A stretch of DNA of 64,000 nucleotides from Candidatus Poribacteria bacterium (GTDB lineage: Bacteria > Poribacteria > WGA-4E > JAJDTR01), in the NCBI GenBank assembly GCA_965222225.1, contig CBDCTK010000002.1, positions 3,392,001-3,456,000 on the forward strand, read 5' to 3'. Under the pieces are notes generated by a model. It did no database searches. It had not been told where the DNA came from and saw only the letters and a list, made by a program, of their open reading frames with translations. Within the stretch, counting starts at the first letter, position 1. Every line of letters starts with the position of its first letter. Of this stretch, positions 29,509 through 39,493 are shown piece by piece. Position numbers and translations under genes: made by a program.

Positions 29509-31404
29509 TCAAGGAAAGAAACGATACCCATATCCCCCGACAATCTCACGTATGATTGTCCATAAACCGCCGATAACGTGCTGGCCCAAGATTACCCCCA
29601 AGAAAAACGGCACCATCTTGCGATAGAGTTGAATGCCCCCGAACTTCAGTATCACCCACTTCGTTAACCACGCAAGAAAGACCGAAAACCACATGGCGCT
29701 CATCACCCAACCGCAAGCCACCGCATACCCGACAGGATGAAACGGAAACCCGACAAATCGATGATGCAGCACCGTAAATAGCGCCGTGATGCCAGCCCCC
29801 ACACCGACCTCCCGAAGCATGAGATCGTTACCCTCGCCCGGGTTTTGCAACCATACTTCGAGCCGACGAAGCGCTTCCGACCCTAGATTGTATCGGGTTC
29901 CCGTGCCGTGACGATACATGGCGTCCGTGTACGCCCAAAAACCCGCGACCGTGCCGACAATGGAAGCCACAATCATCGCCGCCAGAAATCGTCGACTCGA
30001 AGCTCCCACAGACTGGGCAAGCTTGAAACCTTCTAGCTGATGCCCAACCGGGTGAGACCGATACGCCCGGCTCATCCAATAGAGCCTGGTGAACAACGCG
30101 ATATTGCGCGCCCCCGTACGGCGTGCCCCGAGTCCGTTCAGGATGAGTTGCTCGGGACCTATCCACTCGGCATCGTGCGCTGGCGGTCCGGTCTCCGCAC
30201 GGATTCGGGCAATCGCAATCATGTAGAGAAAATAGATTAGAAGAAAAAGTGCCGCAATCCCCACAGACATGCCAACGTAGTACAGCGCCAACACCAAAAT
30301 ACAAATGCCAGCCACCATCCCGACTAGCGCTGTTCGGTAGCGCATTGGCTCGTTCGCCTCGGCTCCTTCCGGGGGGTTACCGCGAATTCCCCAGCCCAGT
30401 ACCTGCTTGAGGTATTTGCGGCTTGCCCACAATGCGAGAATTGTAAGTACCATCCACGCGCCCGATGTCTGATAGCTCCGATACGGTCCTGGCGTATCCC
30501 AGACACCAATCGCTCGCCGAAAGATGAGTTCCGCCTTCCAGAATAGATGGAAAAACCACGCCGAAAACGAGAGATTCACCGGTAGAAAGTAGACCAACCC
30601 AATCACGAAAGGGTACACTGCCACCGGAGTCCAGCCAATAGCATTCCACGGCTTTGCCGTGAACAGCGACGCAGGGTCGTAGACAATTTTGAAACTCGGA
30701 ATAACGGGAAAAAGCCCGTGCAAGCCGTTGATAACATCTATGCTGCCGGTCAAGATAAATCCAATCCACAGAGCCCGATTCGAGAGTAGTCCTATGCCGC
30801 CTCTCGCCAGTTCCAGCGGCAACTGGATGACCGGGTAGGACAGTTTCTCGTTTTCCGTCCACTGCTTTCTGATGATAGCGTTCATACACAGCAGAACGAA
30901 GAGGAGTACGACCAAGAATCCGCCCCAAAACACCACGGGAAGTAACCACGCACTCAAATTCCTGTCACTGTAAAGCGTGGTTTCCCCTTTCTGGAAGGCG
31001 ATTAAAGCTCTCTCATCATATACGGTAAGCCATTGAGGGATATGCCGTCCGAACAGGACTGCCCACTCGTTTTCCGGCGTTGCGCCCCACAGAGATGTCA
31101 GCGTTGGAACCATGACATTCATCAGGTCATGTCCAAAGATGCCGGTGCCAATCGACAGCATCACATACACAATTAGGAGTTCGCTAGGTTGGAAAGCAAT
31201 CTGCGGAGCGGCTTTCTTCAGCAGTGCGTTCAGAATCGCCAGAACAAAGATGCTGAACGTCACGTTATAGAAAAGCGTGAAAAGCGTAGAATAGACGGCG
31301 GGATGGAGCGACTCCGCGTGCATTAGCCAGTAGAGGTTGATCGGTATCAATAGCGCTCCCAGAATCAGGGCGCGATAGAACGACATCTTCCTCTCTGTTT
31401 GCAA
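29509..31404 (-). CDS. DUF6785/DUF6784-type membrane protein, paralog 2
   Basis: QWTENEKLSYPVIQLP, ARIRAETG, FPFHPVGY. Confidence 0.75.
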   Translation of the reverse strand: MQTERKMSFYRALILGALLIPINLYWLMHAESLHPAVYSTLFTLFYNVTFSIFVLAILNALLKKAAPQIAFQPSELLIVYVMLSIGTGIFGHDLMNVMVPTLTSLWGATPENEWAVLFGRHIPQWLTVYDERALIAFQKGETTLYSDRNLSAWLLPVVFWGGFLVVLLFVLLCMNAIIRKQWTENEKLSYPVIQLPLELARGGIGLLSNRALWIGFILTGSIDVINGLHGLFPVIPSFKIVYDPASLFTAKPWNAIGWTPVAVYPFVIGLVYFLPVNLSFSAWFFHLFWKAELIFRRAIGVWDTPGPYRSYQTSGAWMVLTILALWASRKYLKQVLGWGIRGNPPEGAEANEPMRYRTALVGMVAGICILVLALYYVGMSVGIAALFLLIYFLYMIAIARIRAETGPPAHDAEWIGPEQLILNGLGARRTGARNIALFTRLYWMSRAYRSHPVGHQLEGFKLAQSVGASSRRFLAAMIVASIVGTVAGFWAYTDAMYRHGTGTRYNLGSEALRRLEVWLQNPGEGNDLMLREVGVGAGITALFTVLHHRFVGFPFHPVGYAVACGWVMSAMWFSVFLAWLTKWVILKFGGIQLYRKMVPFFLGVILGQHVIGGLWTIIREIVGGYGYRFFP

Positions 31405-31527
31405 AGGCGTCGAAGCTCCTCAAGTGTGAATTGGAAAGGGGGACATGTCTCTCACGATTCACGTGGGATGGTGTATGATTGGGCATCCTGAAATTCATCA
31501 GCGGCTGCCAGCTCCGTTAAACTCGTG

Positions 31528-31746
31528 TCAAGCGACAACGGATGCTTCTACGTGCGACTCACGGTGTTTGTCACCCCGGAAAACTGGTGCACCTGTATGA
31601 CACTCAATGTCGCTTGTGCAAGCGCCCCACGCGTCTGCTATCCGAAATGCCGACCTAACATTGACGGGGGCTTGCACATCCTGTACGATAAAAGCCAGTT
31701 TTCTTTCTGGCGCTTCCGCCTGCTTAGAGCTTGTTTGAACATCCAT
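31528..31746 (-). pseudogene. Fragment resembling the N-terminus of a SpoU/TrmH RNA methyltransferase
   Basis: IVQDVQAPVNVRSAFRIADAWG resembles SPOUT motif 1; the ORF is only 72 aa. Confidence 0.45.
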
Positions 31747-31794
31747 TTTTGTAGCGCTATTCGTCTCAAAACCAAGGTTTTTGTCAGCGTTTTT

Positions 31795-31874
31795 GTAGGG
31801 TGTGCACTGCGCACCAGCCTTTAGAAGCCCCAGCGGGGATCGAGCGAACGGATAGTGAGTGCGATAGAGATCTC
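31795..31874 (+). repeat. GTAG REP (GTAGGGTGTGCACTGCGCACC) plus a single GA-hairpin element at 31839
   Basis: REP homologs at 56462 and, truncated, at 4640. Confidence 0.85.
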
Positions 31875-31982
31875 ACAGATAATTGCACTCGAAATGCCCA
31901 AAAATGGCTTTTCCATCTATTTTTCAAACAGGATCTTCAGAAAATCTTTGAGCGGTTACCGCGAGGTTGTTTCATCTGAACG

Positions 31983-32777
31983 TCAAGCTGCTTTGTGCTG
32001 TATCAAACGTCGTCTCGCACTCGCACGTGCAAGCCCAACATCGAAAGTGATATGGCGATACTCAGTAATACCGAGATTGATTGCATGTGCTGTTTCAAGG
32101 TTGAAACCCCACTCAATCCATTCCGGCATATCTGCCTCCGGGATGTCACCCGCGGCGATAACCTTCATGATACTAATACCTTTTCCGAGCTGATACGCGC
32201 GTTGGAGGTATTCCAGATGTCGATCGAGGGCACCACCCTCTAACATCCTGCCTTCCTTATTTGCCGTCGCTAGGATAACCTCGATTTCGGGATGGTCAAT
32301 TACCGCACCCATGACAGCACCTGTATAGACATGCGTGGAACACCCGATAGCTCGGACTTTGCCAGCTTCTTTTGCTTCTCGAAACGCGTCTAGAGCTCCC
32401 TCTCGCGATGCCAAATCTTCGGGTGTAGAGATGCCGTGTAGCAACAATACATCTATGTAATCCGTTTTCAGCTCCTGAAGTGAACGCGCAATGCTTGCAG
32501 AGGCACCTTCGTAGTCTTTCGCACCGTTCTTCGTTTGAATGACAACCTCGTGCCGAAGAATCTGGCGCACTGCCTCTCCGAGATGGGGTTGCGTCCCATA
32601 CCCCTCGGCAGTATCCCAAAAAGTAATACCCTCGTCAAAAACTCTCAACATCAGTTTGCTGCCCGCTTCGTAGGTATCGCAGGTGTCCTTAATCCGTCCT
32701 GCACCGAAGCAGAGCCGTGAAATCTCTATCCCCGTTTTTCCATAGGCCAAATATTCCATTTTGTCCTCCGCAACCAT
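31983..32777 (-). CDS. Aldo/keto reductase
   Basis: GKTGIEISRLCFG, WDTAEGYG, SLQELKTDYIDVLLLH, GKVRAIGCS. Confidence 0.9.
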   Translation of the reverse strand: MVAEDKMEYLAYGKTGIEISRLCFGAGRIKDTCDTYEAGSKLMLRVFDEGITFWDTAEGYGTQPHLGEAVRQILRHEVVIQTKNGAKDYEGASASIARSLQELKTDYIDVLLLHGISTPEDLASREGALDAFREAKEAGKVRAIGCSTHVYTGAVMGAVIDHPEIEVILATANKEGRMLEGGALDRHLEYLQRAYQLGKGISIMKVIAAGDIPEADMPEWIEWGFNLETAHAINLGITEYRHITFDVGLARASARRRLIQHKAA

Positions 32778-32912
32778 CTGTTGTGATTCGCGTCAAACGG
32801 TCTTTATGACTCTAATTCTATAAACTGGTTCAGATGCCTTCCGGTATACTTTAACCGAATCCCACCTGATGTTATACCAATTCCCTATTGAGGTTGTCCG
32901 CTTCATAGCACT

Positions 32913-33674
32913 CTATTCCGAATCGTAGCATGCCTCCTTCAAGAATTGGAGCATCCGCAGCCGTCGTGGCGGGGCATCTTTGAACGTTTCGGGCGTGTAA
33001 TAGCCCCCGTCTTTGCGGTAGAGCCACTTGATGTGCTCCGCCTCCTCTGGCGTTCGTGGCTTTTGCAGATAGTTAAGATAAATACCGCGCCGTCTCACGC
33101 CCGCGCCGAATGCCGCATGGTAAAGTTTCACATTGAACGCCAATAGATCGCCCGGATCCGTTTCGATCGGATAGATGCCCGGAACATCCCTCCCAAGAGG
33201 CAGAATGTCTTCGCCGCATTTCTCCAGCCGCTCCCGGTAGGGAAGAAAGTGGCTCCCCGGCAGCACGGAGAGGCAGCCAGTTGTTGCCCGAACGGGCTCC
33301 AGATAGAAAATCACTTTCAGATGAAGATGTCCCTCGGGCGCAATATCGTCATGATGCCACCTCGTGTTGTGAGTTCGAATAGCCCCCTGCGAAACCGTAA
33401 AAACATAGTCTTCGCCGAGCAAATCCTCGATGAGTTCATTGAGTTTGTCGCTGTCAAGCAGTGGATGGTAGACCGCAGGATTGGATTCGAAGAACTGGAG
33501 CGTATTTATCATCCTTTTCTCTTCGTTTGTCTCCAGTGTCTTCAGACCTTTGGCTCTTTTCAATGTCTCATCGAATGCATCGGTGTACTTCTGCAGTTCG
33601 TCAGCAGGAAGAAAGTCCTTCAAACAGAGAAATCCCAAGGTTTCAAAATGGTGTTTCTGGGTTTCTGTTAGCAT
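32913..33674 (-). CDS. PhyH family dioxygenase (tandem copy A)
   Basis: FETLGFL, WHHD, VLPGSH, LYHA. Confidence 0.9.
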   Translation of the reverse strand: MLTETQKHHFETLGFLCLKDFLPADELQKYTDAFDETLKRAKGLKTLETNEEKRMINTLQFFESNPAVYHPLLDSDKLNELIEDLLGEDYVFTVSQGAIRTHNTRWHHDDIAPEGHLHLKVIFYLEPVRATTGCLSVLPGSHFLPYRERLEKCGEDILPLGRDVPGIYPIETDPGDLLAFNVKLYHAAFGAGVRRRGIYLNYLQKPRTPEEAEHIKWLYRKDGGYYTPETFKDAPPRRLRMLQFLKEACYDSE

Positions 33675-33748
33675 CTTACACCTCCGTGAATTCAGTGCGT
33701 TCTTCTAAGTTCGACTTTGTACAAAGTACAATTCTGAATTGTCATCTT

Positions 33749-33780
33749 AATGAGCGCGAAAGAACTCCCATAGAGATCCC
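33749..33780 (+). repeat. 3' fragments of the GA-hairpin element
   Basis: AATGAGCGCGAAAGAACTCCC-ATAGAGATCCC. Confidence 0.6.
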
Positions 33781-33892
33781 TTCAAGCAAACATATAACCC
33801 CGCACGGAAAGAGCATTCGGACGGGCGTAATCCACTGCACCCGCTCCACTCCTATCCGCCACGCCTATCAAGGTTGTCCGCTTTAAAGTATA

Positions 33893-34654
33893 CTATTCCG
33901 AATCGTAGCACGCCTCCTTCAAGAATTGGAGCATCCGCAGCCGTCGTGGCGGGGCATCTTTGAACGTTTCAGGGGTGTAATAACCTCCGTCTTTGCGGTA
34001 GAGCCACTTTATGTACTCCGCCTCCTCAGGGGTCCTAGGCTTCTGTATATAGTTGATATAAACGCCGCGTCGTTTCGCGCCTTCGCCGAATGCGGAATGG
34101 TAAAGTTTCACATTGAAAACCAGGAGATCGCCGGGATCCGTCTCAATCGGATAGATGCCGGGAACATCCTTCCCGAGAGGCAGAATGTCTTCGCCATATT
34201 TCTCCATCCGTTCCCGGTAGGGAAGAAAGTGGCTGCCCGGCAGCACGCAGAGGCAGCCGGTTGTTGCCCTGACGGGTTCTAGATAGAAAATCACTTTCAG
34301 ATGACGATGTCCCTCCGGAGCGACATCGTCATGATGCCACCTCGTGTTGTTGGTGCGAAGGGCGCACTCTGAAACCGTAAACACATACTCTTCGCCGAGC
34401 AAGTCCTCAATGAGCTCGTTGAGTTTGTCGCCATCAAGCAGTGGGTGGTAAACCGCTGGATTCGACTCGAAGAACCGGAGGGTACCTATCGTCCTTCTCT
34501 CTTCATTTATCTCCAGCGTCTTGAGACCTTTGGCCCTTTTCAAGGTCTCATCGAATGCATCGGTGTACCGTTGTAGTTCGTCAGCAGGAAAAAAGTCCCT
34601 CAAACAGAGAAATCCCAACGTTTCAAAATGGTGTTTCTGAGCTTCTGTTAACAT
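33893..34654 (-). CDS. PhyH family dioxygenase (tandem copy B)
   Basis: Same length (253 aa) and motifs as copy A; identical C-terminus. Confidence 0.9.
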   Translation of the reverse strand: MLTEAQKHHFETLGFLCLRDFFPADELQRYTDAFDETLKRAKGLKTLEINEERRTIGTLRFFESNPAVYHPLLDGDKLNELIEDLLGEEYVFTVSECALRTNNTRWHHDDVAPEGHRHLKVIFYLEPVRATTGCLCVLPGSHFLPYRERMEKYGEDILPLGKDVPGIYPIETDPGDLLVFNVKLYHSAFGEGAKRRGVYINYIQKPRTPEEAEYIKWLYRKDGGYYTPETFKDAPPRRLRMLQFLKEACYDSE

Positions 34655-34787
34655 TTTTCACCTTCCGTGGGTTCGTTCAGTGATTTTTGACGTGGCCGTT
34701 TTGCATATTCTGCGACCATCATGGTCACTGTTTCTATTTCTCAATCTCGACCCATCAACAGACTGCCCATCGCCAGAATTCAGCCCG

Positions 34788-36632
34788 TTACCAGATAATC
34801 CCTTTCAGATTAGGTATAAACCGGGTTCTCTTCACCTGGTTTCCGGATGGCACATCTTCATAAAGCGGATAAGCCACCCCTTTTGGATCAATGGAGATGA
34901 CATCTGAACCGCGCAGAACCAATTTGTACGGAATTTCCCCGAGCACCCGATGCACCTCTCGTTGCGGCACCGGGAACTCCAACGTGACCCGATCGCCCGG
35001 TTTCAGCCAGCCGACCCGCAGATAACGCCCTTCAATCAACGCCCGGCGCGCTTCTGCCCCAACGGTTACCCGCACCGCGTCGGGTTTGCACCACTCCGGA
35101 ATCCGCACAGCCACTTCTGGCGCATCCTTAATTCGAAGTATAACCTTTCCCTCCACCGGCAAATAACTGTCAATGTCGAGCCATTCGGAGGCGCGATTCA
35201 GCAACAGATGCACCTTCACCAGATCGCCCGTCTTGCTCACCATGCTATCCCACACGCAATAAAACGTCCGCGCACCGTTAGCCGTGCAGCAGTGCATAAT
35301 TGACGAATCCATTAGCTTTGGACCATCGGGAGTTTGATTCACGGTCAGGGCTTCATTGGCGCGCATCCAACCGAAGAACGAACCGACAGATCTCTCGCGA
35401 ATATTTGTGGAGTCACGGTACAACCGGTTGTCCGGTTCCGTATTATAATATTCCTCCGGGATATCTTCAAACAGGTGAGGGTCGCACAGTTGCCCCTGAG
35501 CGTACACATTACGCACCCACCGATCAACATCGTCCCAGTAATCGCCCAACCCGGCGCGGGTCAAGTAAAGCGCCAGCCAGACCATATCGGCAACCTCGCA
35601 GATCTCGACCGTATTGCCGTACCTTTCTAGGTAACGGTCGGTGCCCTGTTGAACCTCCGGATAGAACCCGATAAGCGGATCGCCCATCTCCCGCGCCCAA
35701 CGGTAGCACGCGTCCACCCGCTCCAGCACCTCCCGATTTCCGGTGGCGTAGCCGTACTCGCACACTGCCATCAGGGCGTAAAGCCCGTGATGAAAATGCC
35801 AAAACGAGTAGCGGCCATCCTCGTCGTTAAAAACGCGATCTAACGCCCAACGAGCCAAACCACGACACAACTCCAGAGCAGGCTCATAACCCGTGACGCG
35901 GTAGAAGAGCCCCGCACCGTGCCCGGTAGAACCTATCGAATATATCGTTGTAAACAGATGTTCCTTGCTATATAAACCGCCGCCTTCGTCCGGCAACATG
36001 CCCGGTTCATCGGCATTGCTCGGTGGAATTTGTCCCGGTTGGTATTGCGCTCGCCAGAGAAACCTGAAACCATCCTTTTCTCGCGTCAGGGATAGAATGC
36101 GATCAACTTTGCGTTTGCCAAACTCAATCCATTGTGGGTTGTCGTCAACCTGCGCCAGTATTGACATCGTCACGATTTGCCTGCCTTCACCCCAAATCTC
36201 GGCGAAAGGTATCATCTCATCGGCCTCACCTTCCGCAAAATGGGCCATTCCCATAGGAACCGTGTCGAATATATCGGTCGGGCAATAGGTAAGTCCGTCC
36301 GCACCGATAAGGTCTACCTGTGCCTGAATGACCCCCGAATCCACCTCCAAACTGGACTCATCCCCGGAAGCCAGTCGGCCCAACGCCAACGCCTCCACGA
36401 ATTTCGGCGGAATATTCAGATAGACATCGATTAAATGGTTGACAAACAGCACCGCCGGTCTACGCGAGAAATCCACGATGAATTTCAAACCCCACCGTGA
36501 CTCCGCGTCCCAGACATTGGTTAGGGCATTGATAGCCAACGCCATCCTATCTGCCAAATCGAGTGTATCTGGCACTTCGACCTCATAGCGGTCACCCTTT
36601 ATGCATTGTGCGGTAGGGTTATCATCAGCCAT
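34788..36632 (-). CDS. GH127/GH146-like (alpha/alpha)6 protein
   Basis: VEICEVAD, MHCCTANG, VRIPEWC, resembling beta-L-arabinofuranosidase-type Cys/Glu motifs. Confidence 0.6.
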   Translation of the reverse strand: MADDNPTAQCIKGDRYEVEVPDTLDLADRMALAINALTNVWDAESRWGLKFIVDFSRRPAVLFVNHLIDVYLNIPPKFVEALALGRLASGDESSLEVDSGVIQAQVDLIGADGLTYCPTDIFDTVPMGMAHFAEGEADEMIPFAEIWGEGRQIVTMSILAQVDDNPQWIEFGKRKVDRILSLTREKDGFRFLWRAQYQPGQIPPSNADEPGMLPDEGGGLYSKEHLFTTIYSIGSTGHGAGLFYRVTGYEPALELCRGLARWALDRVFNDEDGRYSFWHFHHGLYALMAVCEYGYATGNREVLERVDACYRWAREMGDPLIGFYPEVQQGTDRYLERYGNTVEICEVADMVWLALYLTRAGLGDYWDDVDRWVRNVYAQGQLCDPHLFEDIPEEYYNTEPDNRLYRDSTNIRERSVGSFFGWMRANEALTVNQTPDGPKLMDSSIMHCCTANGARTFYCVWDSMVSKTGDLVKVHLLLNRASEWLDIDSYLPVEGKVILRIKDAPEVAVRIPEWCKPDAVRVTVGAEARRALIEGRYLRVGWLKPGDRVTLEFPVPQREVHRVLGEIPYKLVLRGSDVISIDPKGVAYPLYEDVPSGNQVKRTRFIPNLKGIIW

Positions 36633-36777
36633 ACGCTTCTTGTCCTTTCAATCTCAACACTGTTTCAAGTTTCACGCTCCCAACTTCTCTGACTCGACGC
36701 GCACCCTCAATGCTCAGACTGGATTGGCAAATCCAGACTGCACACTCGAATCCACCCGTCCGAATCACTCGTCTTTC

Positions 36778-37638
36778 TTATCTCTGCCGGATAAACTTCT
36801 GCAGCCGACCATCTGCCTGCACCTCGCTCACATACATATCCCCATGCGAATCTACCCAGAGACCGTGTGGGCAAGCATAGAACAACCCGGGCACCTCATT
36901 TCCGCGCTCACTCCCCCACTGGGTAATCACCTCCCCATCAAGCGTCATTATCGTGAGGTGCTGATCCATCTCCGCAATGTAAACGATGTCGTCCTCATCA
37001 ATGTAAATGGTGTCCGGATGCTTTAACCCGCCCCACTCTTCAATGTACTCGCCGTCAAGCGTGAAGAACTGGATGCGGTTGTTGCTGCGGTCTGCCACCA
37101 TCACCCGGTTGCGCGGATCCACCCGAACACAATGCGGCAAATCAAACTCTCCGGGTCCCGTCCCCGGCCTACCCCACGACATTATCAACTCTCCGTCGGG
37201 CGAATACTTGTGTACACGCGCGTTTCCGTACCCATCACTGATGAACATCTCGCCATTCGGGCCTAGTGCAAGATCGGTCGGCAAATTGAACGGTTCTCCA
37301 TCCGCACCAGGCTGACCTTGGTTGCCGATGGACATCAGCAGTTCGCCGTCCGACGTGAATTTGTGCATAATATGTGCGTCCCGCTCAACACAATAGATGT
37401 TATCTTCGGCATCAATGAAAATGCCGTGTGCATCCACAAGGATGTCGTCTCCCCACGAAGCGAGAAAGTTACCTTCGCGATCGAAAACCACCATGGGGTG
37501 CTCACTTCGGCTGTAGACATAAACCCTGTCTTGCGAATCCACGCCAACGGCTGGAATCCAACCGAAATTCCATCCTTCGGGTAATTGCCACCAATCTTCC
37601 TGAACTTCGTAAGTATGACTACCTGCTCCGTATGTCAT
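36778..37638 (-). CDS. NHL-repeat protein (peptidyl-alpha-hydroxyglycine amidating lyase-like)
   Basis: FNLPTDLA, SDGYGNARVHKY, GEFDLPH, VADRSNNRIQ. Confidence 0.85.
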   Translation of the reverse strand: MTYGAGSHTYEVQEDWWQLPEGWNFGWIPAVGVDSQDRVYVYSRSEHPMVVFDREGNFLASWGDDILVDAHGIFIDAEDNIYCVERDAHIMHKFTSDGELLMSIGNQGQPGADGEPFNLPTDLALGPNGEMFISDGYGNARVHKYSPDGELIMSWGRPGTGPGEFDLPHCVRVDPRNRVMVADRSNNRIQFFTLDGEYIEEWGGLKHPDTIYIDEDDIVYIAEMDQHLTIMTLDGEVITQWGSERGNEVPGLFYACPHGLWVDSHGDMYVSEVQADGRLQKFIRQR

Positions 37639-37729
37639 GCGACTTTTCCTCCGAGAGTCTAAATATTGTGCACATAAATCATTCCATATCCTGCATTCAT
37701 TATCTCATAGTTATTGCCGAATTGCAACA

Positions 37730-37834
37730 ATCAACCAATCAAACGAGATCAACCGAACGGACAGTGAGGGCGATAGACATCCTGATAGCGACTGCGATAG
37801 TAAATCCCGTGCGATAGTATTCCTATAGAAATCT
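37730..37834 (+). repeat. Multiply nested GA-hairpin element cluster
   Basis: Two 5' stubs (37730, 37738), a full unit at 37748, then three 3' fragments. Confidence 0.85.
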
Positions 37835-38038
37835 TCTCCAACCTGTAGGAGGGAGCTCCGGCTCGCGACAAACCCAAGTTTATTCTCGAAATCTCGGTTT
37901 TACCTCCATCGCCTTCTTCGCCTTGCAGCACCGTATTTCGCCGCGCCGCCCGCGCTCTCACGATTCACGCACTACGTTTCATGTGCGTCCCGTCCTTCCA
38001 ATCTTCCCTCCTTCCATCCTTCCCCGTTCGTAGTAGTG

Positions 38039-38074
38039 ATCAAGGAAGCGAATAGCGACCGCGATAGAAATCCT
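38039..38074 (+). repeat. Single GA-hairpin element truncating the REP GTAGTAGTG
   Basis: ATCAAGGAAGCGAATAGCGACCGCGATAGAAATCCT. Confidence 0.85.
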
Positions 38075-38106
38075 TTCTCCGCACATCTGGTCTATCGGCT
38101 TTTTGC

Positions 38107-38136
38107 TTGACTGCGTTCTGCGATTGGATTTATAAT
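38107..38136 (+). promoter_or_regulatory. Sigma70-type promoter
   Basis: TTGACT-18 nt-TATAAT upstream of a run of + strand genes. Confidence 0.6.
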
Positions 38137-38273
38137 CCCATCCTTGATAAGCGCACAATTAAGAACACGCGGAAACGGAACGCACGAAATCAAAGAGAAA
38201 CAAACGTGACACAATCGAAGGAGTTTATGCGACTGCTTCACAACAATCTTTGCCAAGAGGGATTCATAAGATT

Positions 38274-39317
38274 ATGAGTATGCAGGCGGCGTTTATGCAC
38301 GGCGCGCGCGACATGCGCGTTGAACGAACAGAAATTCCCCATGCTACGGAAACAACCGCCGTCATAAAAGTTATGAGCAGCGGCGTCTGCGGCTCCGATC
38401 TGCACTGGTACGCAGTCCGACCCTACCCGGAGCCCACCGTGCTGGGACACGAAGTTAGCGGCGAGATCGTGGAAGTTGGAACCGAGCTTGGAGGGTTCCG
38501 CGAAGGCGATCGCGTCTGCGTGGACCTCACCCGACACTACGCGTGTGGGGATTGCCCATCCTGCCGTGGGGGCACATACTTTCACTGTCCGAACAAGGCT
38601 CGCGTGCCGTGGGGCGGTGGTTTCGCGGAATACATGGAAGTCAAGGGCTTGGGAATCCACCCCCTGCCGGATTCGCTTACCCACGAACAGGGAGCAATGG
38701 TCGAACCGGTCGCTGTCGGAGTTCACGCCTGCCGCTACGGCAATGTCAAATCCGGCGAGAGTGTGTTGGTGCTCGGTGCGGGAACAATTGGCTTGCTATC
38801 TCTTGCTGTGGCAAAGGTGTTTGGCGCCAAACGTGCCTACATTGTAGCCAAGTACGATGTGCAGGTGCGTATGGCGGAGGCGATGGGCGCAGATGGCATT
38901 ATCCGCTTGGGAACCGGCCACTTGGCTCAGCAGGTGCAAGAAATTTCGGATGGAGAACCCATTGACACCGTTATTGAAACTGTCGGCGGATCTGCTCCAA
39001 CCATCGATCAAGCAGTAAGCGCCGTCAGACCCGAAGGCAAGGTTGTTGTTACCGGCGTCTTTCCCAAACCCGTCCCGATCAACTTGGAACAGGCACTGGA
39101 AAAGGAGGCGAAAATCATCTTCTCCGTATGTTACAGCGCGGAAAACGGAACACACGACTATGAAGCCGCTTCCGATCTCATCGCCTCCGGAAAAGTGAAC
39201 GCGACGCAACTCATCACGCATCGCTTCCCGCTGAACCAAACGCCCGAGGCATTTGAAACTGCCCTTGACAAAACGACCGGCTCGGTCAAAGCCATGATAA
39301 ACGTGTCCGCGCCATAA
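38274..39317 (+). CDS. Zn-dependent alcohol/polyol dehydrogenase (MDR family)
   Basis: GVCGSDLH, LGHEVSG, CGDCPSC..C, GAGTIG. Confidence 0.9.
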   Translation: MSMQAAFMHGARDMRVERTEIPHATETTAVIKVMSSGVCGSDLHWYAVRPYPEPTVLGHEVSGEIVEVGTELGGFREGDRVCVDLTRHYACGDCPSCRGGTYFHCPNKARVPWGGGFAEYMEVKGLGIHPLPDSLTHEQGAMVEPVAVGVHACRYGNVKSGESVLVLGAGTIGLLSLAVAKVFGAKRAYIVAKYDVQVRMAEAMGADGIIRLGTGHLAQQVQEISDGEPIDTVIETVGGSAPTIDQAVSAVRPEGKVVVTGVFPKPVPINLEQALEKEAKIIFSVCYSAENGTHDYEAASDLIASGKVNATQLITHRFPLNQTPEAFETALDKTTGSVKAMINVSAP

Positions 39318-39493
39318 AATTGTCCACAACTTGCACGCATCTTGACTTCCGAGGATAAAAGCGTATGCGTCTCGTTTACTCTTGAGTCCGGTACTCACCA
39401 CAAAACTGTTTAAACAACGACGGGAACAACACCGATACATTTCCAGTGCCACTGTGAAAGTCCTTTTCCTTCTTAAAAAGAGAGGTCATCTAC

